A stretch of 64,000 nt of DNA from an uncultured Gammaproteobacteria bacterium. Its GTDB lineage: Bacteria > Pseudomonadota > Gammaproteobacteria > UBA9214. The stretch lies in NCBI GenBank assembly GCA_963773065.1, contig CAVYZN010000019.1, forward strand, positions 1 to 64,000, written 5' to 3'. Positions 45,361-54,589 of this stretch are shown here, piece after piece. The notes beneath the pieces were generated by a model. It was not told the DNA's origin, searched no databases, and worked only from the letters and a program-made list of their open reading frames with translations. The translations under genes were made by a program, and so were the position numbers. Within the stretch, counting starts at the first letter, position 1; each line of letters begins with the position of its first letter.

Positions 45361-45445
45361 CGCTAACGTATATCGTTTATCCGCCGCGCAGATAGAGCTG
45401 TATCGGAGCGCGGTCTTGTTTCGCGGTGGATAAACCTCGTCGGAC
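45361..45445 (-). other. attC-like long hairpin upstream of ptsI
   Basis: GTTTATCCGCCGCG (45375) pairs with CGCGGTGGATAAAC (45422); minus strand ends GTTAGCG. Confidence 0.55.
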
Positions 45446-45652
45446 TGCACTGCCGCAGTGACGGTTGATAAGGGGATTGTAAGCCTCGGGAGGCGATGTG
45501 CGTCAAGCGGCTGCTATCGATGATCAAACTATTGCGGCGGATGGGAGGGGGAAAGCGATTTCCGGCGGGCAGTATGGAGCAACCACAGTGGGTGGCGGCG
45601 GTCCGTCAATGGGGCTGAGGCTGGCGCGGGGCGCACGCCACCCTGGCACCGT

Positions 45653-45749
45653 AGCAACACAACGCATTTTTAATGAGTGCCTGGCGACAGCCGGTGGGTT
45701 ACGGCACAAACGACGTGCCTAACCCGCCTACATCGATTATGGAACCGCC
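45653..45749. repeat. Second, partial copy of the REP-containing unit at 13551-13652
   Basis: Near-identical AGCAACACAACGCAT...GGTGGGTTACGGCAC...CCTACATCGATT.TGGAACCGCC. Confidence 0.85.
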
Positions 45750-45917
45750 ATCGTCAGTCAGGCAAAGACATAGACCATCTTCATCTGACGCTCCTTGGCC
45801 CCCGCGTCGCGCACGGGCTCTGGAAAAGCCGCGGCGCAACCCGGATAATCCCCTCAGCCATAGACGCCCGGCCGATGCCTGCCGGCATACCCCTATCCGT
45901 CACACGAGGACCGACCC

Positions 45918-46322
45918 ATGACTGAAGACATCACCATCAAAAGCGACCAGAAGGGCTTGCGGATCTTCAACAAGCTCCCCTACACCCTGCTCCTCATCGC
46001 CTACCTGCTCGTCGTGCGTTTCACCGGCCTGGACATGCACGGCATCACCGGCTACATCTTCATCGGACTCTGCCTGTTCGTGCTGTTCATCGAGTTCTTC
46101 AAGTCCGGTGACATCAGTACCGCGTACTTTCTGTCCGATATCTTCTTCGCGGTGCTGGCGGTGGTCATCGCCACCGCCCTGATGTCCTACGCGGTGTTCA
46201 AGCTGGGCGAGACGCCCACCTTCTATCACTGGCTGGGCTACGCGGTCATCATCGGTGACGCGGTATTCAGCCCCTTCAACTCCTTCCGCACCGCCCTGCG
46301 CAACTTCGGCGTGGGGAGCTGA
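45918..46322 (+). CDS. Hypothetical four-TM membrane protein
   Basis: GAGG RBS, strong codon bias, IEFFKSGDI. Confidence 0.75.
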   Translation: MTEDITIKSDQKGLRIFNKLPYTLLLIAYLLVVRFTGLDMHGITGYIFIGLCLFVLFIEFFKSGDISTAYFLSDIFFAVLAVVIATALMSYAVFKLGETPTFYHWLGYAVIIGDAVFSPFNSFRTALRNFGVGS

Positions 46323-47981
46323 CTGCCGGACACGATCGCCTGGCGCCCGGGCGCCGACGGACGACCAGGCCCAGGCCGGAGAAGAACACCAGCAGCGGAA
46401 ACAGCGGATCGCGACCGCCGGCACGCCGGAGTGCGCATCCGCCGCCCCCGCCCGCCGCCACCACCACCGCCTCCGCCACTATTTGCGGTGTTCATCTGCG
46501 GCACACTGCAGCCGTCGGGATCCACGGGTGACCCGGCCGGCGTGCCCGGACACAGATCGTTGATATCCATCACCCCGTCGGCGTCGCTGTCCGGGCTGCC
46601 CGGTGTCGTGACGGACTGCTGCACGGCGGCGCTGGCGTCGACGATCCCGGCGCCGCAGAGCAAGGGGTCGCAACTGGCATCCGGGAACGCGCGGGCGCTC
46701 TGCACCAGGATGTCACGCACCTGCTGCGGGTTCAGTTCCCCGTTGACCGACAACATCAACCCGGCAATACCGCTGACCTGGCCGGTCGCGAAGCTGGTAC
46801 CCGCCACCGGCTGGTAATCATCCGCCGCCGCCACGGTGCCGCCGGTGTTGGAGAGCGCGGGCAGACCCTCGCCGGCGTCACCGCCGGGTGCGCTCAGATC
46901 GACCCCGCTGCCGGTGTTGGTGTAGGCGGCGCGGGCTCCGCTGCGCGTCGTGGCCGCCACGGTCACCACGCCCTGGCAATTGGCGGGATTCTGACCGGCG
47001 ACATCGCCCCCCGCGTTACCCGCCGCCGTCACGACCACCACTCCCCGCGCATTCACCTCATCGATGGCGTCCTGCTCCAGGCGGGTACAGGGGCCATCCC
47101 CGCCGAGACTCAGATTGATCACCCGCACGGGATTGGCGTTGTCCGGCACGTTGGGAACCCGCAGGCCGGCGGCCCAGCGCAGCGCATCGACGATGTCCGA
47201 GGTAAAACCGCCGCACTTGCCGAGCACGCGTGCCATCAGCAGGCGTGACCCGTGGTTCACGCCGGCGATGCCCACGCCATTGTCGGTCGCCGCACCGATG
47301 ACGCCGGCGACCCGTGTCCCGTGCCAGGAACTGCGTTCGGCCGGCTCGCCCGAACCGCATTCACCGGCGGCGACCCAGTCACCCGGGTCGGCGAAATCGG
47401 CATCGCGCCCATCGCCGTCATTGGCCAAATCCCGATCGCTGATAAAGTCATAACCGGGCACCCACCGCGCGGGGTCGAGATCGGCATGCGCCAGGATGCC
47501 GGTGTCGAGCAGCCCGATCACGACCGCGGGGGCGCCGCGCTCCTGGTCCCAGGCATCCGGCAGGCGCACCCCGCCCGCATCCTCGAACAGGTTCCACTGC
47601 TGGGCATACAAGGGGTCGTTGGGAACGAACAAGGGCTTCATCATGCGATCCGGTATCGCGTAGGCGACGGCGGGATCGGCGGCCAGACGCGCGGCCATGG
47701 CGGCCGCCACCGCCTCGGGCACCCGCGCCGGCAACGCGAAAACCCGGGCGTTGTAAGACATGGCGTGAAGTGGCGTGAGGATTCGTGCCGGCACGCCGGT
47801 TCAACCGCCCGAGCAGCACGGCATCGACCCCTGCCGGTGTTCCGCCATCCGCCGGGTTGACGAACCTGACGATCAGGCGATGGGTCGATGCATGGCCGCC
47901 GGCATCGACGCCTGGGGAAGGCAGCGCCAACGCGGCGGCGAGCAGGACGGCAGCAAGCCGGGTGCGGCGTCTAATCGGCAC
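46276..47981 (-). CDS. S8 subtilase with GlyGly/JDVT-CTERM-like sorting tail (frameshifts near 47780 and 46450)
   Basis: LLDTG, SSWHGTRVAG, INLSLG, AAGN, GTSFA; DSDADGV repeat; GGGGGC...DPLFPLL...RRR tail; 3' end uncertain. Confidence 0.88.
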
Positions 47982-48068
47982 GGTAGGCGAGTGTTGCGGT
48001 CAGCGGCGCCCGCTCCCCGGTGCGCCCTCCCGGCACGTCCGCTACGATCACCCGAATCCGGCAGACGA

Positions 48069-49442
48069 CTAGCGTGGCGGGGCCTGTGGATAAGCGGATT
48101 GGTAGTAGGGTTGCCAGGAAGATTGCGGCGGATAGTAACCATAGCCGTAGCCGTTTGCGGGGTAGCGCGGCGGGGTTGCGGCCGGCGGCGGCGACGGCTT
48201 CTTTGGTGCGGCAACTTCGGCTTCGGTTGCTGGCGGGGACGCCGCCGCGGGACGCCCCTCATCCGGCAATGTGGCGGACGCCGGATTCGTCTGCACCGGT
48301 TGCGGGGCATTACCGGCCACCGCCTCCTCCTGCGGACCGGCCGCCGGTGTTACCGGCTCGTTGTGTTCCGTGGTCGCGGCAGGCGGCGCATCGGCCGCCG
48401 GCTCGCGTGATGGCGCCGCATCAGTGTCGGCGGAAGGTGTCTCGGTGCGCCCGGCAGTCGATTCCGGCACAGCCACCACGCTGATGGGCGGCGCCGTCAT
48501 CTCCACTCCCGTCACCGGTCCGTTCGGCTCGATGATCGCCGATGTCGCGGCGGGCACGTCGCTTGCCGCGTGATCAACGGCGATCCAGTGCCGGTAGCCC
48601 AGCCAGCCGATCATCATCAGGATACCCAGCATGACGGTCATGCTCGCCGATATGCGACGCGCGGTTACCCAGCGGGCAACGGCAGGGATCCGCGGAGGGG
48701 TCGCGGCCATCCCGGGCTGAACGGCAGGGGGTGTATCCGCGGATAGCACTCCCCGGCATCGAATGCCTGACGGCAGGATTACATCGCTGGGCATCCCCGG
48801 AGATGCGGCCAGCGTCTGGATGAATTCCCCGGGGATGCCCGCCGGTTCACCGGCATCGAGGGTGGTACCGTCATCCTCCCACGCCAGTGCTTGCTCACCC
48901 TGGGAAGTTTCCGCACTGGCCTTGAGCGCCAGCGCCTGTTCCAACTGTGAAGCCTTGACAGCATCCAGCGCCTTGACCGCCTGCGTAGCCATCCAGGAAA
49001 GTGATTTCGCGTCATCCGGCGCCGTAGCGGGCGCCTTCGCGCGCGTACCGGGAAGTATTCCGCGCCGCCTGGGGGGTCGTTCGGCGGCCGCCGGCCCGGC
49101 ATCAACCGCGGCCTGTCCGGGGGCCTGTGGCGGTTGGCTGGAACCGTCCTTTGAAGCAGTGGCCGTTTTGTTGGCGGCAGGGACTCTGCTTTCGGTGAGT
49201 TTCTTTTTGGCGGCGGATATCCTGCCGGTGTCGGCCTTTTCCTCGACAGGGGTCTGCTTCTTCACGGCCGCCTTCTTGGCGGCCGCCTGCTTCTTCCCAT
49301 CGGCAATCTTCCGCTCTGGCGGAGCGTCAGCGGATTTATTGCCGCCGGCCCCGCCGATGAGTTTCTTCTTACTCTTGCCAGCGCCCGTATTCAATTCCTT
49401 CGCCGCCTGATCCCGCGCCTCAGTCGTTTTCGCAATACTCAT
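48069..49442 (-). CDS. Low-complexity single-TM protein (Lys/Ala-rich N-terminus, Pro/Ala-rich C-terminus)
   Basis: Long ORF, GGAGG RBS, one TM, Tyr-rich tail YGYGYYPPQSSWQPYY. Confidence 0.6.
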   Translation of the reverse strand: MSIAKTTEARDQAAKELNTGAGKSKKKLIGGAGGNKSADAPPERKIADGKKQAAAKKAAVKKQTPVEEKADTGRISAAKKKLTESRVPAANKTATASKDGSSQPPQAPGQAAVDAGPAAAERPPRRRGILPGTRAKAPATAPDDAKSLSWMATQAVKALDAVKASQLEQALALKASAETSQGEQALAWEDDGTTLDAGEPAGIPGEFIQTLAASPGMPSDVILPSGIRCRGVLSADTPPAVQPGMAATPPRIPAVARWVTARRISASMTVMLGILMMIGWLGYRHWIAVDHAASDVPAATSAIIEPNGPVTGVEMTAPPISVVAVPESTAGRTETPSADTDAAPSREPAADAPPAATTEHNEPVTPAAGPQEEAVAGNAPQPVQTNPASATLPDEGRPAAASPPATEAEVAAPKKPSPPPAATPPRYPANGYGYGYYPPQSSWQPYYQSAYPQAPPR

Positions 49443-49689
49443 AAGGACCTCCGCTTTCAATCCATGGCCAACAAAGAGCGCCATCATTCCCAAAACGGGG
49501 GGCGATTACAACCCATACCCCGGCCACACGGTCTCGTCATCCGCACGGATTCCCCGGCCAGTGTAGCGGATATTATATACAATGACATTAATAATTATTA
49601 ACTTATGAAATATTTATAATGCATACTCTCCGTCACACGTCGTGTTTCCAACGTGGTCAATTGGCGAGGGCGGATCGGATAAATAATCG

Positions 49690-49710
49690 CGTGTTATCCC
49701 GGATAACACG
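49690..49710. promoter_or_regulatory. Perfect inverted repeat, possible operator
   Basis: CGTGTTATCC-C-GGATAACACG near an AT-rich tract (49570-49620) upstream of the 48069..49442 gene. Confidence 0.4.
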
Positions 49711-49821
49711 AGACGGCAGGCGGGTTCCAACATCAAGGTGCAAGAGCCGCTTGAAAAATCAGCGGAGGATGGCCGTGTGTATTCAGCGTAACGGCAGCGA
49801 CCGTTTCAAGGTGCCCCGCCA

Positions 49822-50625
49822 TCAACTACCGCGCACAAACAGCTCGTAGAGCGTCAGCAGGATCTCCACGACGATCAGAACGACGATATACCATTCGACG
49901 CGCAGCGAGCGTTTCGCCTGCAGCAGCTCCAGTTGGGTTTCGACGGTGCGTGAAATCAGCTCCAGCTTGCGCTCCAGAGCCAGCTTGCGCTCACGGATCT
50001 CGAATTCCCGTTCCAGCCGCACGTACAGCGGTTCCAGCTCGGGATGGTCCCAGAGGATTTCCGGCTTCTCGCCGACCTCCACCCGTCCCACCATGCGATA
50101 CAGGCTCAGCAGGGTGTCGCCCATGTTCCGCCTCAATTTGCCGGCGGCCCAGGTGGTGGTGCCCCGGTATTTCATCTCTTCCGCCAGCGGTTCCACCCGG
50201 TCGAAGGTGGCGGCGATACTGTCCTCGTATTCCGCCAAGACCATGCTCTGCGCCAGGACCTCGGCGACCGTCTGCAGGCGGTCCATCGAGGCCTCGTGGA
50301 TCTGCAGGATTCCGCCGCTGAATCCCTCATCGGTCGCCGGGTCGACCCGGATATCGAGTTCCTCCGTCTCCATTCTGGCCACGCTCTCGCTCACCAGCGG
50401 GGTCAGCGAGGCAATCAGTTCGGCCTCCTGCTCGACCGGGACATCGAACAGCACCACCGCGCCGTAGCGGAACAAAACCGCCAGCCCCTTTTCTCCCGAG
50501 GACAGCGTCAGGGATTGCACGGCTACCCGCTTGGCCTGGCCCAGGCTTCTGAGGTCGAGCTGCTTACCGATCAGCCTCCCCCGCGCCTTGACCGTAGGCA
50601 ACGTGGATTTTGAGGTCGCATTCAT
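49822..50625 (-). CDS. RMD1/DUF155 family protein
   Basis: LFRYGAVVLF, LAQSMVL, KPEILWDHPELE, RVEWYIVVLI. Confidence 0.9.
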   Translation of the reverse strand: MNATSKSTLPTVKARGRLIGKQLDLRSLGQAKRVAVQSLTLSSGEKGLAVLFRYGAVVLFDVPVEQEAELIASLTPLVSESVARMETEELDIRVDPATDEGFSGGILQIHEASMDRLQTVAEVLAQSMVLAEYEDSIAATFDRVEPLAEEMKYRGTTTWAAGKLRRNMGDTLLSLYRMVGRVEVGEKPEILWDHPELEPLYVRLEREFEIRERKLALERKLELISRTVETQLELLQAKRSLRVEWYIVVLIVVEILLTLYELFVRGS

Positions 50626-50740
50626 CGTGTTCTTCGTGGCGAATAGTGACGATTTGATTTTTATCGAGGCACCGTCATGCCAGGAGGGTCGGTGCGTTTG
50701 TTACCGGCTTAGCGTCATCGTTGCAGACCGAACAGCCGCT

Positions 50741-51889
50741 TCACGCCGCGGCTTTTCCGACCGTGCCTTTGTTACCGCCTTTGGCACGCGCTGCCTTGGC
50801 GCGCCGTTTGAGGATCAGGGCGGCTTCCTGCCCGGCCTTGCCGTAGCGGGCCATGCGCTCGAAATCCTTTTTCAGGATCGGCATATTGATGCTATCGGTG
50901 GCGGTCTTCCCCGCCTCATAATCCACGTAGGGGTCGTGCACGTAAATGTACTTTTCATCGAATCCGGTCACCACCACCCAGTGCGGGAATTTTTCCCGGT
51001 AGATCCGGTAGGAGCTGATCAGCACGATGGGCATGCCGCCGGCCTCGAATATTCTCTGGATCTCATGCACCCGCAAGGCCCGGTGGCTCAACTTGATCGG
51101 CAGCTTCGCCAGTTCGCCGATGAAGTCCTCCTGCACCAGGCGCATGACTTCCTTCTTTTCATCATTGCGCACGGAATCCACGAACAGCACGCCCGGCTCC
51201 TTGACATAGACCTCGACATCGAAGCCGCGGTGATAAGCCGACAGCGCCATGCCGTAGGGACCGCAGCCGCCGTGACCGGAGGTCATGAAGATGGTGGTGG
51301 ATTCCCGCCACAGGCGCAGCTCCAGCAGACGGCTGAGTTCGACCTTCGGATCCAGCACCTTCATGGCCATGAGCAGCGCCGATGGCCCGCAGGTGAAATC
51401 CAGAGTCTGCTCGTAGTACGGCACCCGGACCATGTCCGGTTCCAGATGCGGCGCCAGCAGTTTCTCGTGGCGCAGGGCCTCCATGTGGTCTTCGTAATAA
51501 TCCGGCAGGGAGCCGATCCGCTTATAACCCAGCTTCTCATAGAGGCGTATCGCCGTGGCATTGTCCTGGCGCACCTCCAGGCGCAGGTAAATGCAGTCAT
51601 GCGCGACGGCGGATTCCTCGGCGGCCGCTATCAGGACGCTGCCGACGCCCCTGCCCCTGAGCTCCGGATCGACGGCCAGCGAATAGAGCCGCGCGAGCGA
51701 CGTGCCGGTGTTAAACAGCAGCATGACATAGGCAAGCACCCGTTCCTGCTCCGCGTAGACCAGGGTTTCGGCATTGGCCTTGGTCAGCAGATAACGGAAA
51801 CTGCGGCGACTGAAACGGTCGACGTCAAAGGAGCGGTTTTCGATGGCTACCAGGGCTTCCAGGTCCTGCAGCCGGGCTGGGCGAATCAT
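50741..51889 (-). CDS. GNAT (RimI-like) acetyltransferase fused to peptidase C39-like (DUF3335) domain
   Basis: RGRGVG, LEVRQDN; QTLDFTCGP, WRESTTIFMTSGHGGCGP, PHWVV, HDP. Confidence 0.9.
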   Translation of the reverse strand: MIRPARLQDLEALVAIENRSFDVDRFSRRSFRYLLTKANAETLVYAEQERVLAYVMLLFNTGTSLARLYSLAVDPELRGRGVGSVLIAAAEESAVAHDCIYLRLEVRQDNATAIRLYEKLGYKRIGSLPDYYEDHMEALRHEKLLAPHLEPDMVRVPYYEQTLDFTCGPSALLMAMKVLDPKVELSRLLELRLWRESTTIFMTSGHGGCGPYGMALSAYHRGFDVEVYVKEPGVLFVDSVRNDEKKEVMRLVQEDFIGELAKLPIKLSHRALRVHEIQRIFEAGGMPIVLISSYRIYREKFPHWVVVTGFDEKYIYVHDPYVDYEAGKTATDSINMPILKKDFERMARYGKAGQEAALILKRRAKAARAKGGNKGTVGKAAA

Positions 51890-52030
51890 AACTGGCCTTT
51901 TTGGTTGACTGATGACAGGGGGTCACCGGAACGAACCCCTGATTTTGAAGTACCCTGAGCGGTTTGCCATGTTTCTTGGCGATGACGGCGCGAGTATAGT
52001 CGCGCCGTCATCGGCTGCAAGGAGTTTACC

Positions 52031-53722
52031 GTGGAAGCTGCCTGTTTTGATACCTATTATCGCTACGATAAACTCAGCCGGGTGCTGTACAACTACGCGG
52101 CGCGGCACCCCGGGCTGACCCGGCTGGAGAGCATCGGCAAGAGCTTCGAAGGCCGTGACATCTGGCTGGTCACCATCACCAACTTCGCGACCGGTGCGGA
52201 CACGGACAAACCGGCGCTGTGGGTCGATGCCAACATCCACAGCGCGGAGTTGGTGGCCTCGATGGCCGCGCTGCGGCTCATCGAACACCTGCTGAGCGGG
52301 TATGCGGCGGACCCGGACGTGACGCGCTGTCTCGACAGCCGCGCCTTCTATATCTGCCCGCGGGCGAATCCGGACGGGGCCGAATGGGCGCTCGCGGACA
52401 TCCCGAAACTGATCCGCTCCAGCACCCGCCCCTACCCGTTCGAGGAAACGCCCGTCGGCGGCCTCGTCACCGAGGACATCGACGGCGACGGGCGCATCCT
52501 GACCATGCGCATCACCGATCCCAACGGCCCCTGGAAGGCGTGCCCGCAGGAACCGCGGCTGCTGGTGCGACGCGACCCGACGGAAACCGGCGGCGTCTAC
52601 TACCGGCTCCTGCCGGAAGGCCGGCTGGAAGACTACGACGGCCTCACCATCGGCCTGCGGCCACTGCGGGAAAATCTCGACCTCAACCGCAACTTTCCCG
52701 GCCGCTGGCGCGGCGAGCACGAGCAGAAGGGGGCCGGTCACTACCCGACCTCCGAGCCCGAAGTGCATGCCCTGGTCGATTTCGTGGCCCGGCATCCAAA
52801 TGTCTGCGCCGGCCTCGCCCTGCACTCCTACAGCGGCGTGCTGCTGCGCCCCTATTCCTACCAGGCGGACGAGGCCATGCCGGTCGAGGACCTGTGGACG
52901 TTTGAAAAAATCGGCGCCGCGGGCAGCGCGCTGACCGGCTACCCCGCCGTGTCCGCCTACCACGAGTTCCGCTATCACCCGCAGCAGGTCATCACCGGCG
53001 CAATGGATGACTGGCTCTATGAGGAACTCGGCCTGTTTGCATGGACGGTGGAAATCTGGAGCCCGCAACATCAGGCGGGCATCGAGGATTACAAGTTCAT
53101 CGACTGGTATCGCGAACATCCGCTCGCCGATGATCTCAAGCTGCTCGCCTGGAGCGACACCACGCTTTCGGGACAGGGCTATGTCGACTGGTATGCCTGG
53201 GACCATCCGCAACTGGGCGCCATCGAGCTGGGCGGCTGGAATCCGCTGTATTCGTTCTGGAACCCGCCGCCGCATCTGCTGCAACGGGAGGTCGAGCGGC
53301 TGCCCCGCTGGCTGGTCTGGCACAACCTGATCTCCCCGCGCCTGGAGATTCCGCGGTGCGGTTCGGAAGCGTTGTCACCCGACACCTACCGGGTGTGGTG
53401 CGTGGTGCAGAACAGCGGCTGGCTGCCGACCTACGTCACCCGGCATGCCCGCGACAAGAACCTGCTGCGCGGCATCGTATGCGAGATCGAACTGCCGGAG
53501 GGGGCGACGCTGGTCGGCGACCCGCCGCGCCGGGTACTGGGGCAGCTCGAAGGCCGGGCCGGCAAATCCTCTTCGCCCTCGGGCTGGGCCGGTCAGGCCG
53601 CCGACGTGACCGATGATCGCCTCAAGGTGGAATGGCTGGTGCGCGCCGCCGCCGGCATGACGCTGCGCCTGCGCGCAAAACACGAGCGCGCGGGCGTCGC
53701 GGCGACAACCATAACTCTGTAA
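52031..53722 (+). CDS. M14 zinc carboxypeptidase
   Basis: NIHSAE (HxxE), NPDG, DLNRNFP, SEPE, HSYSG. Confidence 0.9.
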   Translation: MEAACFDTYYRYDKLSRVLYNYAARHPGLTRLESIGKSFEGRDIWLVTITNFATGADTDKPALWVDANIHSAELVASMAALRLIEHLLSGYAADPDVTRCLDSRAFYICPRANPDGAEWALADIPKLIRSSTRPYPFEETPVGGLVTEDIDGDGRILTMRITDPNGPWKACPQEPRLLVRRDPTETGGVYYRLLPEGRLEDYDGLTIGLRPLRENLDLNRNFPGRWRGEHEQKGAGHYPTSEPEVHALVDFVARHPNVCAGLALHSYSGVLLRPYSYQADEAMPVEDLWTFEKIGAAGSALTGYPAVSAYHEFRYHPQQVITGAMDDWLYEELGLFAWTVEIWSPQHQAGIEDYKFIDWYREHPLADDLKLLAWSDTTLSGQGYVDWYAWDHPQLGAIELGGWNPLYSFWNPPPHLLQREVERLPRWLVWHNLISPRLEIPRCGSEALSPDTYRVWCVVQNSGWLPTYVTRHARDKNLLRGIVCEIELPEGATLVGDPPRRVLGQLEGRAGKSSSPSGWAGQAADVTDDRLKVEWLVRAAAGMTLRLRAKHERAGVAATTITL

Positions 53723-53869
53723 GGCAACGTGCCGCCGCCGGATGGGTGGCATGATCGGAACACGCCTGCGCGGGCGCATTGTTATTTTTATCCCCAGCAT
53801 AGCGGGATATTGAACCCCAGTCCGCTACCCTATCCAGCGAAGATACTCACAATCGCCGCGGGTGTGGAT

Positions 53870-54562
53870 CTAATCTTCCGACTGCTGGCTGACGGCCTTG
53901 ATCCCCTTGTAGGGAATGAACAGCCCGCAACCGAAATAGCGGCAGGATCCCAGGCCGTGCTGCTGCAAGCGAAGAGATTCCTCCGCGGCGAGATCGGCCA
54001 CCATCAGGCTGCGGGTGGTGAGCGGACCGTCCGTGGTGTTGATCACGCCGATCCGGCCGGGCAGCATCTTGCGTACCAGGATGCCCAGCCGCTGCAACTG
54101 GTCCGCCGCCGCCTGCAGGAAACCGTCCTCGTCATCCGCGCTCAGCGCCACGTTACGGGAATAGAGCGTGGCGTTCGGCAGCAATGGTCTCACGACGGGT
54201 GCCGCGGTAACGACCAGGTGCTGTCCGCGCACATCGAGCCGTTGCCCGACCAGCGCTTTAGCGTCGTCCGCGCGGTGGCGCGGAACCCGGATCACCAGGC
54301 GCGTGCGCTTCGACAGATGCAGCAGATCGTCGGCGCCGGCGGGACGCTCCCAGCCATGCGCGGAGATCGCGACCTGGATCGGGTGCACGCCGGCGCCCTC
54401 CTCATCCGGCAACCAGGACAGCACCTGCGCAACCGCCTGGCCCAACGCATAGTTGTGATCGACCGGCAGATAGTGGCAGTCGATCGGATAGACCAGATCG
54501 ACCACGTCATCCGGCCAACTCACCGTGTCTTTCTTTTTACGTTCTTCCCAGTACATCGTCAT
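53870..54562 (-). CDS. Stand-alone Cas6/Cmx6 (type I-MYXAN-like) RAMP protein
   Basis: VVDL...LPVDHNYAL, LSKRTRL, C-terminal G-loop LQQHGLGSCRYFGCGLFIP. Confidence 0.85.
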   Translation of the reverse strand: MTMYWEERKKKDTVSWPDDVVDLVYPIDCHYLPVDHNYALGQAVAQVLSWLPDEEGAGVHPIQVAISAHGWERPAGADDLLHLSKRTRLVIRVPRHRADDAKALVGQRLDVRGQHLVVTAAPVVRPLLPNATLYSRNVALSADDEDGFLQAAADQLQRLGILVRKMLPGRIGVINTTDGPLTTRSLMVADLAAEESLRLQQHGLGSCRYFGCGLFIPYKGIKAVSQQSED

Positions 54563-54589
54563 TCCTGTTTCATAACACGCCCAGGCCGC

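Noticed and set aside
46440-46478. GGC/GGT trinucleotide run as a contingency repeat
   Set aside because: Encodes the poly-Gly linker of the C-terminal sorting signal
53723-53869. Possible CRISPR array next to the Cas6-like gene
   Set aside because: No direct repeats with spacers here or anywhere else I could see in the window
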